A stretch of DNA of 63,445 nt, counting the filler, from Deltaproteobacteria bacterium (GTDB lineage: Bacteria; JAUYMQ01): assembly GCA_030698575.1 (NCBI GenBank). It is 10 parts of 10 records of this genome, joined end to end, with 100 filler letters (N's around TTAATTAATTAA, not from the genome) between each part and the next. Parts side by side here need not be neighbours in the genome. Positions count along the whole stretch, not along the records: positions 8,888 to 11,862 come from JAUYMQ010000258.1; positions 11,963 to 15,325 come from JAUYMQ010000259.1; positions 15,426 to 19,507 come from JAUYMQ010000263.1; 7 more parts are not named here. The stretch is one strand, 5' to 3'. Below the pieces are notes generated by a model, which did no database searches, was not told the DNA's origin, and saw only the letters and a list, made by a program, of their open reading frames with translations. A program made the position numbers and the translations under genes. The stretch's first letter is position 1; each line of letters starts with the position of its first letter. Of this stretch, positions 8,904 to 18,893 are shown piece after piece.

Positions 8904-9551
8904 ATGGCGCGATTACGGACAGCGGGCCCCCTCGCGGCCTTTGCGGTGCTCGTGATGCTCCTCGGCGTCTTCAGTGCTGGAGCACTGGGGTATCGCACCG
9001 GCCAGCGGGCCGGCGAAGCCACCGGGCTGAGCGTGTCGCAGTCGGCGAGCCAGGTGGAGGCGAAAATCCTGGCCGTGATCGTCCGGCGGAACCCTGGTGC
9101 CACGGTCCGCGAGTTCCTCCGGTTCCCGAACCAGTTGATGACCGAGGCTGAGCGGTTGAATCTGGATTTTCGATACGTCATGGCGATCGTCGATAGAGAA
9201 TCGAACTGGCATCCACAAGCGGTTAGCCCGAAGGGCGCCATCGGGTTGATGCAGATCATGCCAGACACGGCCCGGCTCGTGGTGGACAAGCTGAAGCTGA
9301 CGGGGTTCGACGCCCCAGTCCCCGCCCGAGGCGGGGGTTATGTCAGCCTCGGTAGCCTTGGCGAGCCGGAGTTTAACCTGCGCGTCGGGATGCAGTTCTT
9401 GCGGTGGCAACTCGACGACTTCGGGCTCGGCCCCGTTGCCCTGCGCGCGTACAACCGAGGGCCAGCGAAGGCGACGGAGCGGTGGCCTGGGGACACCTAC
9501 TCGGCCGACGTGGCCCAGCGGTTGCTCGTGCTCGTGCATGAGGTCCGGTGA
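8904..9551 (+). CDS. Lytic transglycosylase (SLT) with N-terminal membrane anchor
   Basis: RESNW, GAIGLMQIMP, AYNRG motifs; hydrophobic N-terminus. Confidence 0.88.
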   Translation: MARLRTAGPLAAFAVLVMLLGVFSAGALGYRTGQRAGEATGLSVSQSASQVEAKILAVIVRRNPGATVREFLRFPNQLMTEAERLNLDFRYVMAIVDRESNWHPQAVSPKGAIGLMQIMPDTARLVVDKLKLTGFDAPVPARGGGYVSLGSLGEPEFNLRVGMQFLRWQLDDFGLGPVALRAYNRGPAKATERWPGDTYSADVAQRLLVLVHEVR

Positions 9552-9796
9552 TGCCAGCCCTGATGAATAGCTGGTGCCCGAACTCCGCAAGGGTGTGGGG
9601 CCATTGTCATCGGTGGAGTGCTGAGGGGCGATGTGATTTCTGTGGCGTGTTGCGATGTACAGCGCCGGCGAGGTGGCCCGGAACGCGTTGTGCCCTGCCT
9701 GCCGCAGCGATGGGAGTCTGTGGCGTCCATGGCGATCTTGAGACTTGGAGACGAGTGACGAGGCGGCGCGAGCGTGGTGCTAAGATATTGATATGA
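9548..9796 (+). CDS. Small Cys/His-rich, probably Zn-binding protein
   Basis: CxxC plus RC-x10-C-x9-CGVHG; overlaps both neighbours by 4 nt. Confidence 0.55.
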   Translation: MMPALMNSWCPNSARVWGHCHRWSAEGRCDFCGVLRCTAPARWPGTRCALPAAAMGVCGVHGDLETWRRVTRRRERGAKILI

Positions 9797-10335
9797 CGGA
9801 TATGATCGGGCAGATCCAGCAAACAGAAGAGACGCCCCAGGTGACCGAGCAAGAAAGTAAGCGTGGGCGTCCAACAAAGCTCACACCGGAGATCCAAGAC
9901 AAGATTGTGGAGGCGATCTCGGGGGGCAACTACAAGGAAATCGCAGCGGAGTGGGCCGGGATCGCTCCGGATACGCTGGGGCGCTGGCTCAGTCGTGCCC
10001 GTGAGCCCTACTTGACGTTTCGTCGGGCAGTCTTGGAGGCGGAGCGGACCGCTGAAATACGTTGTGTCGCGCTCATCATGAAGGCCGCAGGCGAGGACGC
10101 GAAGCATGCGGAATGGTTGCTAGAGCGGAAGCACCATGAGCGGTGGGGGCGGAAGGATCGCCATGAAGTGACAGGAGCGAACGGCGGCCCGATTGACGCG
10201 CGCGTGGTCTTCTACCTGCCGGAGCCGACGCGGCGGGTGGCGGTGCTGGAGGCGCCTCCGAGCCGGGCGCTCCCGCCGGCGGGGCATGAGGGCAACGGGG
10301 ATGGCCCCGGGGCGCCGAGGGAAGGCGTACAATGA
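9793..10335 (+). CDS. Terminase small subunit-like HTH protein
   Basis: GRPTKLTPE..HTH..AEWLLERKHHERWGRKDRHEVTGANGGPI. Confidence 0.72.
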   Translation: MTDMIGQIQQTEETPQVTEQESKRGRPTKLTPEIQDKIVEAISGGNYKEIAAEWAGIAPDTLGRWLSRAREPYLTFRRAVLEAERTAEIRCVALIMKAAGEDAKHAEWLLERKHHERWGRKDRHEVTGANGGPIDARVVFYLPEPTRRVAVLEAPPSRALPPAGHEGNGDGPGAPREGVQ

Positions 10336-10353
10336 TGTACGTGAGGTGACGCC

Positions 10354-10542
10354 ATGAGACTTGGAGATCATTTCATCCTCTACGTCAAGCGAACGCCCCG
10401 GGAATACCGGCTTGGGATTGAGTTCCAGCCATTCCACATCAACGGGTTCGGGTGGCGTCAGATGATCCTGACGATCTGGACTGGGAGTCTCTCGCTGGAC
10501 GCGATCTGGGAATGGTCCGTGCGCGGCGTGGGGCAGGAGTAA
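10354..10542 (+). CDS. Hypothetical phage protein
   Basis: GAGGTG RBS; fits the gene string. Confidence 0.5.
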   Translation: MRLGDHFILYVKRTPREYRLGIEFQPFHINGFGWRQMILTIWTGSLSLDAIWEWSVRGVGQE

Positions 10543-10545
10543 CGA

Positions 10546-11100
10546 ATGTCTCACGAGCCGAGGACGGGTGACGAGAGCCACCAGGCGCACAATGATGTAC
10601 GGTTATTCGAGCGAGTGGAGGCGGCCTTGAATGCTCCTCTGCCCGGGTGGCCGCCACCGGATGAGATAGAGACGAGCGACGACCTGGTCCCCGATGCGAG
10701 CCCGCCAAGCCAGAACTGGCGTAATGATCTCGGCGCACCCCCGGCTTGGGTTCGTGCAGCACTGGCCGCGCCCTTACCCGAAGGGGCGCCGCCTGATCTT
10801 CTGCGGGTGATCAGCGGGCTGCGCAGCCGCATTGGCATTGATGCCCGGCTCCTTGAACGAGAGGATGAGTTATGGGAGCGCGCTTGCATCCAGGCGTCCG
10901 AAGCGCTGCGTCTTAGGTTGGCTGCTCCCGCTGTGGACAACGTGAGTCAAGAACTCGTTGACCTCGCTCGCCAAGGCGACGAGCCGAGCTTCCGGCGCCT
11001 CGCGGTCTGCGTGATGCCCGTGGAGAAGATCGGCGAGTGCTGGGCTGGGGCGCGGGGGCGGCTGGGGTTGCCGGTGGCGGAGACCCAGGAGTCAGAGTGA
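10546..11100 (+). CDS. Hypothetical phage protein
   Basis: AGGAG RBS; coupled to the next ORF. Confidence 0.6.
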   Translation: MSHEPRTGDESHQAHNDVRLFERVEAALNAPLPGWPPPDEIETSDDLVPDASPPSQNWRNDLGAPPAWVRAALAAPLPEGAPPDLLRVISGLRSRIGIDARLLEREDELWERACIQASEALRLRLAAPAVDNVSQELVDLARQGDEPSFRRLAVCVMPVEKIGECWAGARGRLGLPVAETQESE

Positions 11101-11504
11101 GCGACATGCCGGCGAAGTTGAGTGATCTGCTGGCGACAATCGGGGCCGTGGAAGGCGTGAGCATCACACAACTCCGCGACCGCCTCAACGCGCCCGTGAG
11201 TCGGCGAACCATGCGGCGGTGGCTCAAGGGACTTGAGGCCCTGGGCATCCTCGCGAGTAATGCCCATCGCCCCGGACTCCGCGCTCGTTGCTTATGGTGG
11301 CGGTCTGACCGTCAGGTATCGCAGGATCACCCCCGACTCTTCGAGGGAGTGGCGGCCGCCTTGAATTCTCCTCTCACCCTCCCTGGGTGGCCGCCGCAGG
11401 CTGAGCTAGTGGCTGGCATGGTGCGCCTCTTCATTAAAGCCTCCGCCGCCGCGACAGGCAGGCCGTCCGTGGCTCCGCCTCACCGTGACCCGCCCGCGAG
11501 ATAG
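11097..11504 (+). CDS. Winged-HTH-like hypothetical protein
   Basis: SITQLRDRL..VSRRTMRRWLKGLEALGIL; GTGA overlap with upstream ORF. Confidence 0.55.
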   Translation: MSDMPAKLSDLLATIGAVEGVSITQLRDRLNAPVSRRTMRRWLKGLEALGILASNAHRPGLRARCLWWRSDRQVSQDHPRLFEGVAAALNSPLTLPGWPPQAELVAGMVRLFIKASAAATGRPSVAPPHRDPPAR

Positions 11505-11506
11505 CC

Positions 11507-11692
11507 ATGGCGCGCCTCCTCCAGCCCCGGGCTCCTGTCCATCATCGCTACACGGACCCGTCGTCCCCGTGGCCGTCAGCTCTCATCTCGCTCGCCCGCG
11601 CCGGCGTGCCGGTAGAGGCGGTGTGGGCGATTCTCGTGAAGCTCGCTGGAGTGGAGTCGCCGGTCGACCAGCGGCGATGGAGGTGGCGATGA
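11507..11692 (+). CDS. Hypothetical protein
   Basis: Fits the gene string; ATGA overlap with next ORF. Confidence 0.45.
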   Translation: MARLLQPRAPVHHRYTDPSSPWPSALISLARAGVPVEAVWAILVKLAGVESPVDQRRWRWR

Positions 11693-11826
11693 CAGACATC
11701 GAGCGCGCCGAGGCGTTATACAGATTGGCGGAAAAGATGACGGACCCTGAGGCCCGTGCATTGCTGCGTTCAACGGCAGAAAGGCTAGAGCAACTTGTCG
11801 ATGACGCGTTGGATAGGGATTGGTAA
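11689..11826 (+). CDS. Hypothetical small helical protein
   Basis: GGAGG RBS; MTDIERAEALYRLAEKM. Confidence 0.5.
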   Translation: MTDIERAEALYRLAEKMTDPEARALLRSTAERLEQLVDDALDRDW

Positions 11827-12203
11827 TGAGCGCCTCTCGGCAACAGGTGGCCATCGTGACCGNNNNNNNNNNNNNNNNNNNNNNNNNNNNNNNNNNNNNN
11901 NNNNNNTTAATTAATTAANNNNNNNNNNNNNNNNNNNNNNNNNNNNNNNNNNNNNNNNNNNNCGGTCACCTCGGAGGACCGTCCCATTCGCCCGCCCGCT
12001 GGGTCGCCTTCGTGTGCCCACGGCTCCTCCCGTGCCCCGGCCATCATCGCCACCTCACCTCTGCTCGCCTCTGCATCGCCCCCGATCCCCTCCCACACCC
12101 TGCACCGGGGCGCGCGCCCCACCCCGCCATGCCACCCGTCTTTCATTTCCCCCACACCACCCCTGCGATAGAATCCCCATAGGGCGACCCTCGGCGGGGT
12201 TGA

Positions 12204-12288
12204 GTCCAACCGGTTCTATCCGCCGGGAACACTGCTCTCGGCGACTTCTGTCCGTGCCGCCCGGCGGATAGAACCTTATTCGTTAGGC
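12204..12288 (+). mobile_element. attC-like integron recombination site
   Basis: GTCCAAC (RYYYAAC) ... 16-bp perfect inverted repeat GGTTCTATCCGCCGGG/CCCGGCGGATAGAACC ... GTTAGGC (GTTRRRY). Confidence 0.55.
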
Positions 12289-12310
12289 CGTCATTCGAGG
12301 AGGAAGCGCG

Positions 12311-12697
12311 ATGTCTCAACAGCAGTCGGTGTCCGTAGAAACGGTGAAGGCCATCCTCGATGCCTTCAATGCTCACGATCTGGACGCGATCATGGAATTC
12401 TTTGCGGACGATTGTTCGTTGGACCTGCCGCGTGGGCCAGATCCTTGGGGACAGCGCTTTGTGGGCAAGGCCGCCGTGCGAGAGGGGCTGGCGACGCGCT
12501 TCAAGGGTCTCCCGGATGTCCACTCTAGTGAGGACCGCCATTGGATCAGTGGAAACCTGGTTGTCTCGGAGTGGCTGCTGTCGGGCACAACGCCCAGTGG
12601 GGTCCGAGTCAAAGTTCGTGGCTGCGATCACTACGAGTTTCGCGACGGCAAGGTGATTCGGAAGGATTCGTACTGGAAGATAGTTGAGAAGCCATGA
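12311..12697 (+). CDS. SnoaL-like/NTF2-family protein
   Basis: DAFNAHDLDAIMEFFADD...FRDGKVIRKDSYWK; GAGGAGG RBS. Confidence 0.9.
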   Translation: MSQQQSVSVETVKAILDAFNAHDLDAIMEFFADDCSLDLPRGPDPWGQRFVGKAAVREGLATRFKGLPDVHSSEDRHWISGNLVVSEWLLSGTTPSGVRVKVRGCDHYEFRDGKVIRKDSYWKIVEKP

Positions 12698-12709
12698 TGG
12701 GGCATCGGG

Positions 12710-12766
12710 GTTGAACTGTGTACGCAGCCGACGGCCTTCGGCGGCGGCTGATACAAACCGTTAGAA
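12710..12766 (+). mobile_element. attC-like site
   Basis: AAC-4nt-TACGCAGC...GCTGATA-6nt-GTTAGAA with central GCC-TTC-GGC hairpin, 12 nt after the stop codon. Confidence 0.62.
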
Positions 12767-12793
12767 AGAAAAGGAACCGAAAGAGCAACCCCT

Positions 12794-13612
12794 ATGGGTA
12801 GTTCTGGTACCGACAAAGTCTTCGCTGGCTCGATTCCGACATTTTACGAAACGTATCTGGTTCCCCTGCTCTTCGAGCCGTACGCCGCGGACCTGGTGAA
12901 CAGGCTCGCTTCGAGATCTCTTGGTCGCGTGGTGGAAGTAGCAGCCGGCACAGGTGTCGTGACTCGTGCGTTGGCTTCGATACTGCCAGAACGCGTCTCA
13001 ATCGTGGCGACGGATCTGAATTCGCCGATGCTGGACCAAGCGTCCGCGCTCGGGACCAAGCGGCCCGTGGAATGGGGTCGGGCGGACGCCATGCAGTTGC
13101 CCTTCCAAGACGGAACGTTTGACGCCGTTGTATGCCAGTTCGGGATCATGTTTGTCCCCGAAAAGGCGAAAGCGCTTTCGGAGGCACATCGAGTGCTCAG
13201 GCCGGGAGGCGTGTTCATGTTCAACGTGTGGGATCGGATCAAAGAAAACGAATTCGCCGACACCGTGACGACGGCACTCGAATCGCTGTTTCCTGAGGAT
13301 CCGCCGCGCTTCCTCGCTCGCACACCCCACGGCTATTACGACCGTCCGACCATCGAGCGCGATCTTGCAAGCGGCGGGTTCATTGCGTCACCCCAAATCA
13401 CCACGGTTGCGGCGCGCAGTCGGGCAAGATCTTCCCGGGTCCCAGCGATCGCGTACTGTCAGGGGACACCACTACGGAACGAGATCGAGGCGCGCGACGC
13501 CTCGCGGCTCGGCGAAGCAACCGACATCGCGGCGGAAGGGATCGCCCAGCGGTTCGGGCGAGGGGATGTGGACGGCAAGATCCAGGCACACATTGTCACC
13601 ATCGAAAGCTGA
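12794..13612 (+). CDS. Class I SAM-dependent methyltransferase
   Basis: VVEVAAGTG, ADAMQLPF..FDAVVCQFG, RVLRPGG. Confidence 0.9.
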   Translation: MGSSGTDKVFAGSIPTFYETYLVPLLFEPYAADLVNRLASRSLGRVVEVAAGTGVVTRALASILPERVSIVATDLNSPMLDQASALGTKRPVEWGRADAMQLPFQDGTFDAVVCQFGIMFVPEKAKALSEAHRVLRPGGVFMFNVWDRIKENEFADTVTTALESLFPEDPPRFLARTPHGYYDRPTIERDLASGGFIASPQITTVAARSRARSSRVPAIAYCQGTPLRNEIEARDASRLGEATDIAAEGIAQRFGRGDVDGKIQAHIVTIES

Positions 13613-13641
13613 CAGTCGCGAGTTGAGCGTGTTGCGGTCTA

Positions 13642-14289
13642 ATGACTCATACGCGGCGGGCATTCCTCGCTGGTGGGCTCGCCTTCGTTCCGGCGGTGCT
13701 GGCGTCCGCCCGGTCCGGGTACGGGCATGACGGCGGGCTGTACGAGAGCCTGAGGCAGGCGGGCCGGATCGACAGGCCCGCGCTGGCGGCGACCCAGCAT
13801 GTCTTCGACAGCCCGGCGGCTCGGGCGGCGAATCCCGGCCGGTGGATGCCGAAGGCGCCGCTGCTGGTGCCGCGCAGCTAGATGGCCTGGGCGGCGGAGC
13901 ATGCCGGCCGCATGCACCTGGTGGGCGGGTACGGAGAGCAGCGCGTGGACCGGTCGTATCACCATGTCTACGACCCGGCGGCGGACAGGTGGGTGCCGCG
14001 CAACCCGCTGCCCACCGCCCGGTCCGGGCATGTGGCCGTGCAGTACCGCGGGAGGATCTTCGTGATGGGAGGAGAAGGCACCAGCCGCGTCTTCGGCCAG
14101 AACGAGGGCTACGACCCGCAGCGAGACGCATGGGAGCAGTACGCCCCCATGCCGACGCCGCGCCACGGCCTCGGGGCCGCGGCGATCGGAGACGCCATCT
14201 ACGTGGCGGGAGGCGGCGCGGTGATGGGCGGGGAGGTGTAGAGCGCCGTGCACGAGGCCTTCACGCTCGCCCTGGGCTCACGGGGCTGA
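13642..14289 (+). pseudogene. Tat-signal Kelch-repeat protein with two in-frame TAG stops
   Basis: TRRAFLAGG; Kelch GG/YDP..W motifs; TAG at 13879-13881 and 14239-14241 in one frame that continues SAVHEAFTL. Confidence 0.75.
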
Positions 14290-14324
14290 GTGAGGGCGGG
14301 CGGCCGTGCTACGATGAGCCGCGC

Positions 14325-15325
14325 ATGCCCATTCCCTTCTACTCCGTCATCTGGGGCATCCTCGTCTACGCGTGGGTCTGCAACTACCTCATCCGGCTGG
14401 CGCTCTCCTCGCTGCTGCCGCCCATCATCCAGGAGTTCGGCCTCTCCTACACGAGTGCGGGCTTCCTCTCCACGGGCTTCTTCTACGCCTACATGGCGAT
14501 GCAGCTCCCGGCCGGCGTCCTCGGCGACCGCTTCGGCAGGAAGCGCCTGCTCCTGGCCGGCGTGCTGCTGGGCGCCGTGGCCTCGGCGCTCACCGGGCTC
14601 GCGACCTCGCTGACGACGCTCTTCCTCGCGCGCCTCCTCACGGGGCTCAGCCAGGGCCTTCTCTTCTCCAACGACCGCGTGATCATCGCGGCCACGACGC
14701 CCAGGGAGAAGATGGCGCTGGGGCAGGGGGTGTCCTTCTCCGGGCCCGGGATCGGCACGACGCTCGGGCTCTTGCTCGCCGGCGCCCTCGGCGTCATCAT
14801 GCCGTGGCGCTCCGTGTTCTTCCTCTTCGCGCTGCCGCCGCTCCTCGCGGCCGTGCTCCTGTGGAAAGTGGTCCCGGAGCCGCCGCACGCAACGGCGGCG
14901 GCCGATCCCGCGTGGCCCTTCCGCCGCGTCCTGCGCAACGCTGATTTCTGGCTGCTGGGGATCACGGGCATCATGCCCGTCTACGTCCAGTTCCTGCTGG
15001 CGACCTGGGGCCCGCTTCTCTTCTCCGAGGTCGGTATCCGCGATCTCGGCCGCTCGGCGTCGCTGGCGAGCCTGCAGGGGGTGGTGGCGCCCGTGGGACT
15101 CCTGCTCTCGGGGCTCGTCGCCGATCGGTGCCACCGGCGGGGCGTGCACCGGAAGGTGGTCATCGTGGCCGCAGTGGTCATGACCGCCGTCTCGATGATC
15201 GGGATGGGCGCAGTGACCCAGGCCCACGGCCCCGCGTGGCTTCTCACGGTGTTCCTGCTCGCGGCGAGCTTCTCCGTCTGGTGCACCTGGGGGCCGTCGT
15301 ACGCCATCCTCGGCGAGCTGTTCCC
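14325..15325 (+). CDS. MFS transporter (partial)
   Basis: GVLGDRFGRKR motif A; multiple TM helices. Confidence 0.92.
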
Positions 15326-15425
15326 NNNNNNNNNNNNNNNNNNNNNNNNNNNNNNNNNNNNNNNNNNNNTTAATTAATTAANNNNNNNNNNNNNNNNNNN
15401 NNNNNNNNNNNNNNNNNNNNNNNNN

Positions 15426-18400
15426 CGACCTCTGCTTTCACTTCCCGCTGGTGCGATCCCGTTTCGATCTGATGGAGCGCGCCTTCCGGGACCATCCGCG
15501 CGGCTACACCCCTTCCCAGTTCATCTTCCCGCCGCCGACCCTGGGAAGCTCGGTCGATTCCGACGAGCAGGAACGGCTCCTCTGGCAGATGGACGGGGCC
15601 GTCGAGTCGGTCTTCGTTGCCAGCGCGGCGATCTCGGGGCTCCTCCAGCGCCTCGGCCTCAAACCCGACATCGCGACCGGACACAGCGCCGGCGAGTACA
15701 CCGGCCTCCTTGTCACCGGCGCCACGCGCGTGGACAGCGACGAATCGCTCGTCCGGATGATCCTCGACGTGAACAGCGTCTACCAGCGGCTCTACAAGAC
15801 ACAGAGCATTCCCGCCGTGGCTCTCATCGCGGTGGGCGGCGCCGACCCCGAACTCCTCCGGCAGCTCCAGCGCGAGCACGAGGGAAAGCTCTTCGTCGCG
15901 ATGGACAACTGCCACTACCAGGTGGTGCTCTCCGCGGCGCCCGAAATCGCCGAAGGTGTCATGGCGCGCCTCAAGTCCGCCGGCGCGGTCTGCAATGTTC
16001 TTCCATTCGATCGCCCCTATCACACGCCGCTGTTCGAGCCGGCCTATCACTACCTGGTCGAATCCTTCCCGCCGATCGATCGGCCGAGGCCGGAAATCCA
16101 GCTCTGGTCATGCGCCACCGCGGCGCCCTATCCCGAAAACCTCGAAGAGGCGCGCCGCGTAGCGCTCGAGCAGTGGATCAGGCCGGTGCGATTCCGCGAC
16201 ACGATCGAGGCCATGTACGAGTCGGGCGTGCGCATCTTCGTCGAAGCGGGCCCGCGCGGGAACCTGACATCTTTCGTCAACGACATTTTACGGAAGCGCC
16301 CCTATCTCGCGACGCCGTCGAACGTTCCGGGCCGCTCAGGCATCCGGCAGTTGCACCATGCGCTGGCCCTCCTGGCGGCGCAGGGCGTCCCGCTCACACT
16401 CGACCCGCTCTACGAGCGCCGCGGGCCCGAGCGCCTCGATTTCGACCGGTGCGAGAAGCCGGCGCCGGCAAGGAAAGGGGCGATGCAAATATCGCTCGCC
16501 CTGCCCTACCTGAAGCTGCCGGACGGAGCGCGCCCGTTCGCGAAGCCGGCCGGCGCCCGGCCCGTCGCCGCCGCGCCGGCCCTGCGTCTCCCGGCCCTGC
16601 CGGCCCCGGCTGCGGAACAGCCCACGGCCATCGATGGCGGCGAAGACGCGAGCTTCGCCCCCGAAATGCAGAGCTATTTCGAGACTATGGAGCAATTTCT
16701 TGAGATCCAGGAAGACCTGATGCACGCCTTCCTTGCGGACCCGGCGGAGCCGCTGCGGGATCACTCCGGGGACGCGGTCGCCACGCCCCAATCCGCGGAA
16801 GGCGCATCGCAGAGGCCCCTTCTCGGCGAGATCGTTTTCTGCCGCCCCGGCGAAAGTCTGACCGCGCTAAGGCGGCTCGATCCGGCCAAGGATCTCTTCC
16901 TCCAGCACCACACCCTGGGCGGCCAGGCCTCGTTGCGCGACAGATCGCTCACCGCGCTCCCCATCATGCCGCTCACGATGACAATCGAAATGGCCGCCGA
17001 GGCGGCGGAAGCGCTGGCCCCGGGAATGAAAGTCGTCGCGCTCCAGGAGATCCGTGCAAGCCGCTGGATCGATCTCGGCGAAGGCGCGCGGACGGTCCAG
17101 ATTAACGCATGGAGCGAAGCCGCGGATCGGGTGCGGGTCACGATCACGGAACCCGCCGGGGACGCCGGCGCAATTCCGGATGTGAAACCGGATGCAAACC
17201 CGGCCGGCCTGCTCTCCGCGCCCCCGATCTTCGAGGCCACGGCCCGGCTGGCGGCAGAGTTCCCCGCTCCGCCCGATGCGAATCCGTTCGCCCCGCCCGA
17301 TGCGAGGCCCTCCCGGTGGAACGCCGCGACGCTCTACAAGCTGGCGATGTTCCACGGCCCGAGCTTCCGCGGCGTCGAGCACGTGGACGCCTGGAGCAAG
17401 GAGGGGGTCAGGGCGCGGCTCCTCACGCTTCCTTCCGACCGCCTCTTCGCTTCCGAGCCCGCGCCGCGCTTCGCCCTCGATCCGGCGCTGCTCGACGCGG
17501 CGGGGCAGCTCGTCGCATTCTGGAACGGCGAGAAGGATCTGCGGGGGGTCAACTCCACGCCATTTAGAATCGACGCGATCAACCTTTACGGCCCGCCGCC
17601 TCCGCCTCACATGCGCCTGGACGCCAGGGCGCGGATACAGCGTCTCGCGCCTGATCACCTCCGCGCGGACATCGAGGTCGACGGACCGGACGGAAGGCCC
17701 TACTTTGGCATCCGCGGCTGGGAAGACCGCTGCTTCGAGTTCCCCGAGCCGATCGTCAAGCTCACCTGGGAGTCGGAGGGGCTGACGCTCAGCGAGCGCT
17801 GGAAGGCGCCCGAGGCGCCGCTGGGCAATCCCGCGGCCTTCCGCTGCCGGCGCGTCCACGGGTGGCCCCGCGGAACCTTCGAGGGGTCGGGCATGCTGTG
17901 GCAGAAGCAGGTGGCGCACCTCGTGCTCTCTCGTGACGAGCGTGACGTCTGGCGCGCGCTCCGCAAGCCTCCCCGCGCACGGACCGAATGGCTTTTCGCC
18001 CGTGCAGCCGTGAAAGACGCTGTCTGCCAGCTGGCGCGGGAGAACCACGGAATCGAACTGCTCCCCGCCGACGTCGAGATCACGGCCGACGAGCTGGGCA
18101 GGCCGCGCGTGGCGCCTGCACTTGCACAAATTTTCGGACCGCTCCCCGCTGTCTCGATGGCGCACGGTCGCGGCATCGCGGTGGGCATCGCGGCCGAGGG
18201 TGAACTGGATCTGGAGGTGGGGATCGATGTCGAGAGAATGCGCATTCTCGAGCCGGGGTTCGAGCGAATCGCATTCTCGGAGGAAGATCTGAAGATCCTC
18301 GGCGACCTGGATGATGCCGCGCGCGCCGAGTGGTGGCTTCGCGCATGGTGCGCGAAGGAAGCCGCGGCCAAGGCTCTCGGAACGGGCCTGGCGGGGAAGC

Positions 18401-18576
18401 CCCGCGGTTTCGTGCTGCGGAAGCTCGATGAAAGCAGCGGTCTCATCGCGATTGAAATCGGCGGTGAGCTGGCCCGCCTGCGTCCCGCCCTGGGCGGCGC
18501 CATCCTGGATGTTTACACGCTTCGCGAAGACGACCTAATTATGGCAGTCACAACGTGCAGAAGGAGTGATAAATGA
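15426..18576 (+). CDS. Type I PKS, C-terminal part: AT-DH-PPTase (5' end missing)
   Basis: AT GHSAG, PVRF, FVEAGP; DH FLQHHTLGG...P, MFHGPSF, LDAAGQ; PPTase GIDVE, WCAKEAAAKALG. Confidence 0.9.
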
Positions 18577-18893
18577 GCACCGAAATGCAGGCACCAAGCG
18601 GATCCCGGGATACGGTTCTCAAGCAGGTGATAAGCGTGCTGGAGGACATGACGAGCGACTGGGATATCGATTTCTCGGGAGACATCGGCGACGGGACCCA
18701 CCTGGTCGGCGATCTGGCCTTCGAGTCCATCGACGTCGTCCATCTCATCGTCACCCTCGGAGAGATCTACCAGGAGAAGGATCTGGGCTTCGAGGAACTG
18801 CTGATAGAGGACGGGCGGTACATCAGCGATCTCCAGATCGCGCAGCTCGCCGACTTCCTGCACCGAAAGCTGGTTGAAAGGGGAAACATCTAG
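18573..18893 (+). CDS. Acyl carrier protein
   Basis: Acidic 106 aa; DLAFESIDVV phosphopantetheine site. Confidence 0.88.
   Translation: MSTEMQAPSGSRDTVLKQVISVLEDMTSDWDIDFSGDIGDGTHLVGDLAFESIDVVHLIVTLGEIYQEKDLGFEELLIEDGRYISDLQIAQLADFLHRKLVERGNI

Larger units (their letters stand above)
8888..11862 (+). mobile_element. Phage/prophage-like gene string
   Basis: Tightly coupled short co-directional ORFs including an SLT and a terminase-small-subunit-like gene. Confidence 0.65.

Noticed and set aside
11963-12200. C-rich tract upstream of the first attC-like site, considered as attI or an IS end
   Set aside because: No recognisable attI, terminal repeat or ORF
13842-15325. Apparent Kelch-MFS fusion
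   Set aside because: The Kelch sequence is in a different frame; the MFS gene starts at 14325
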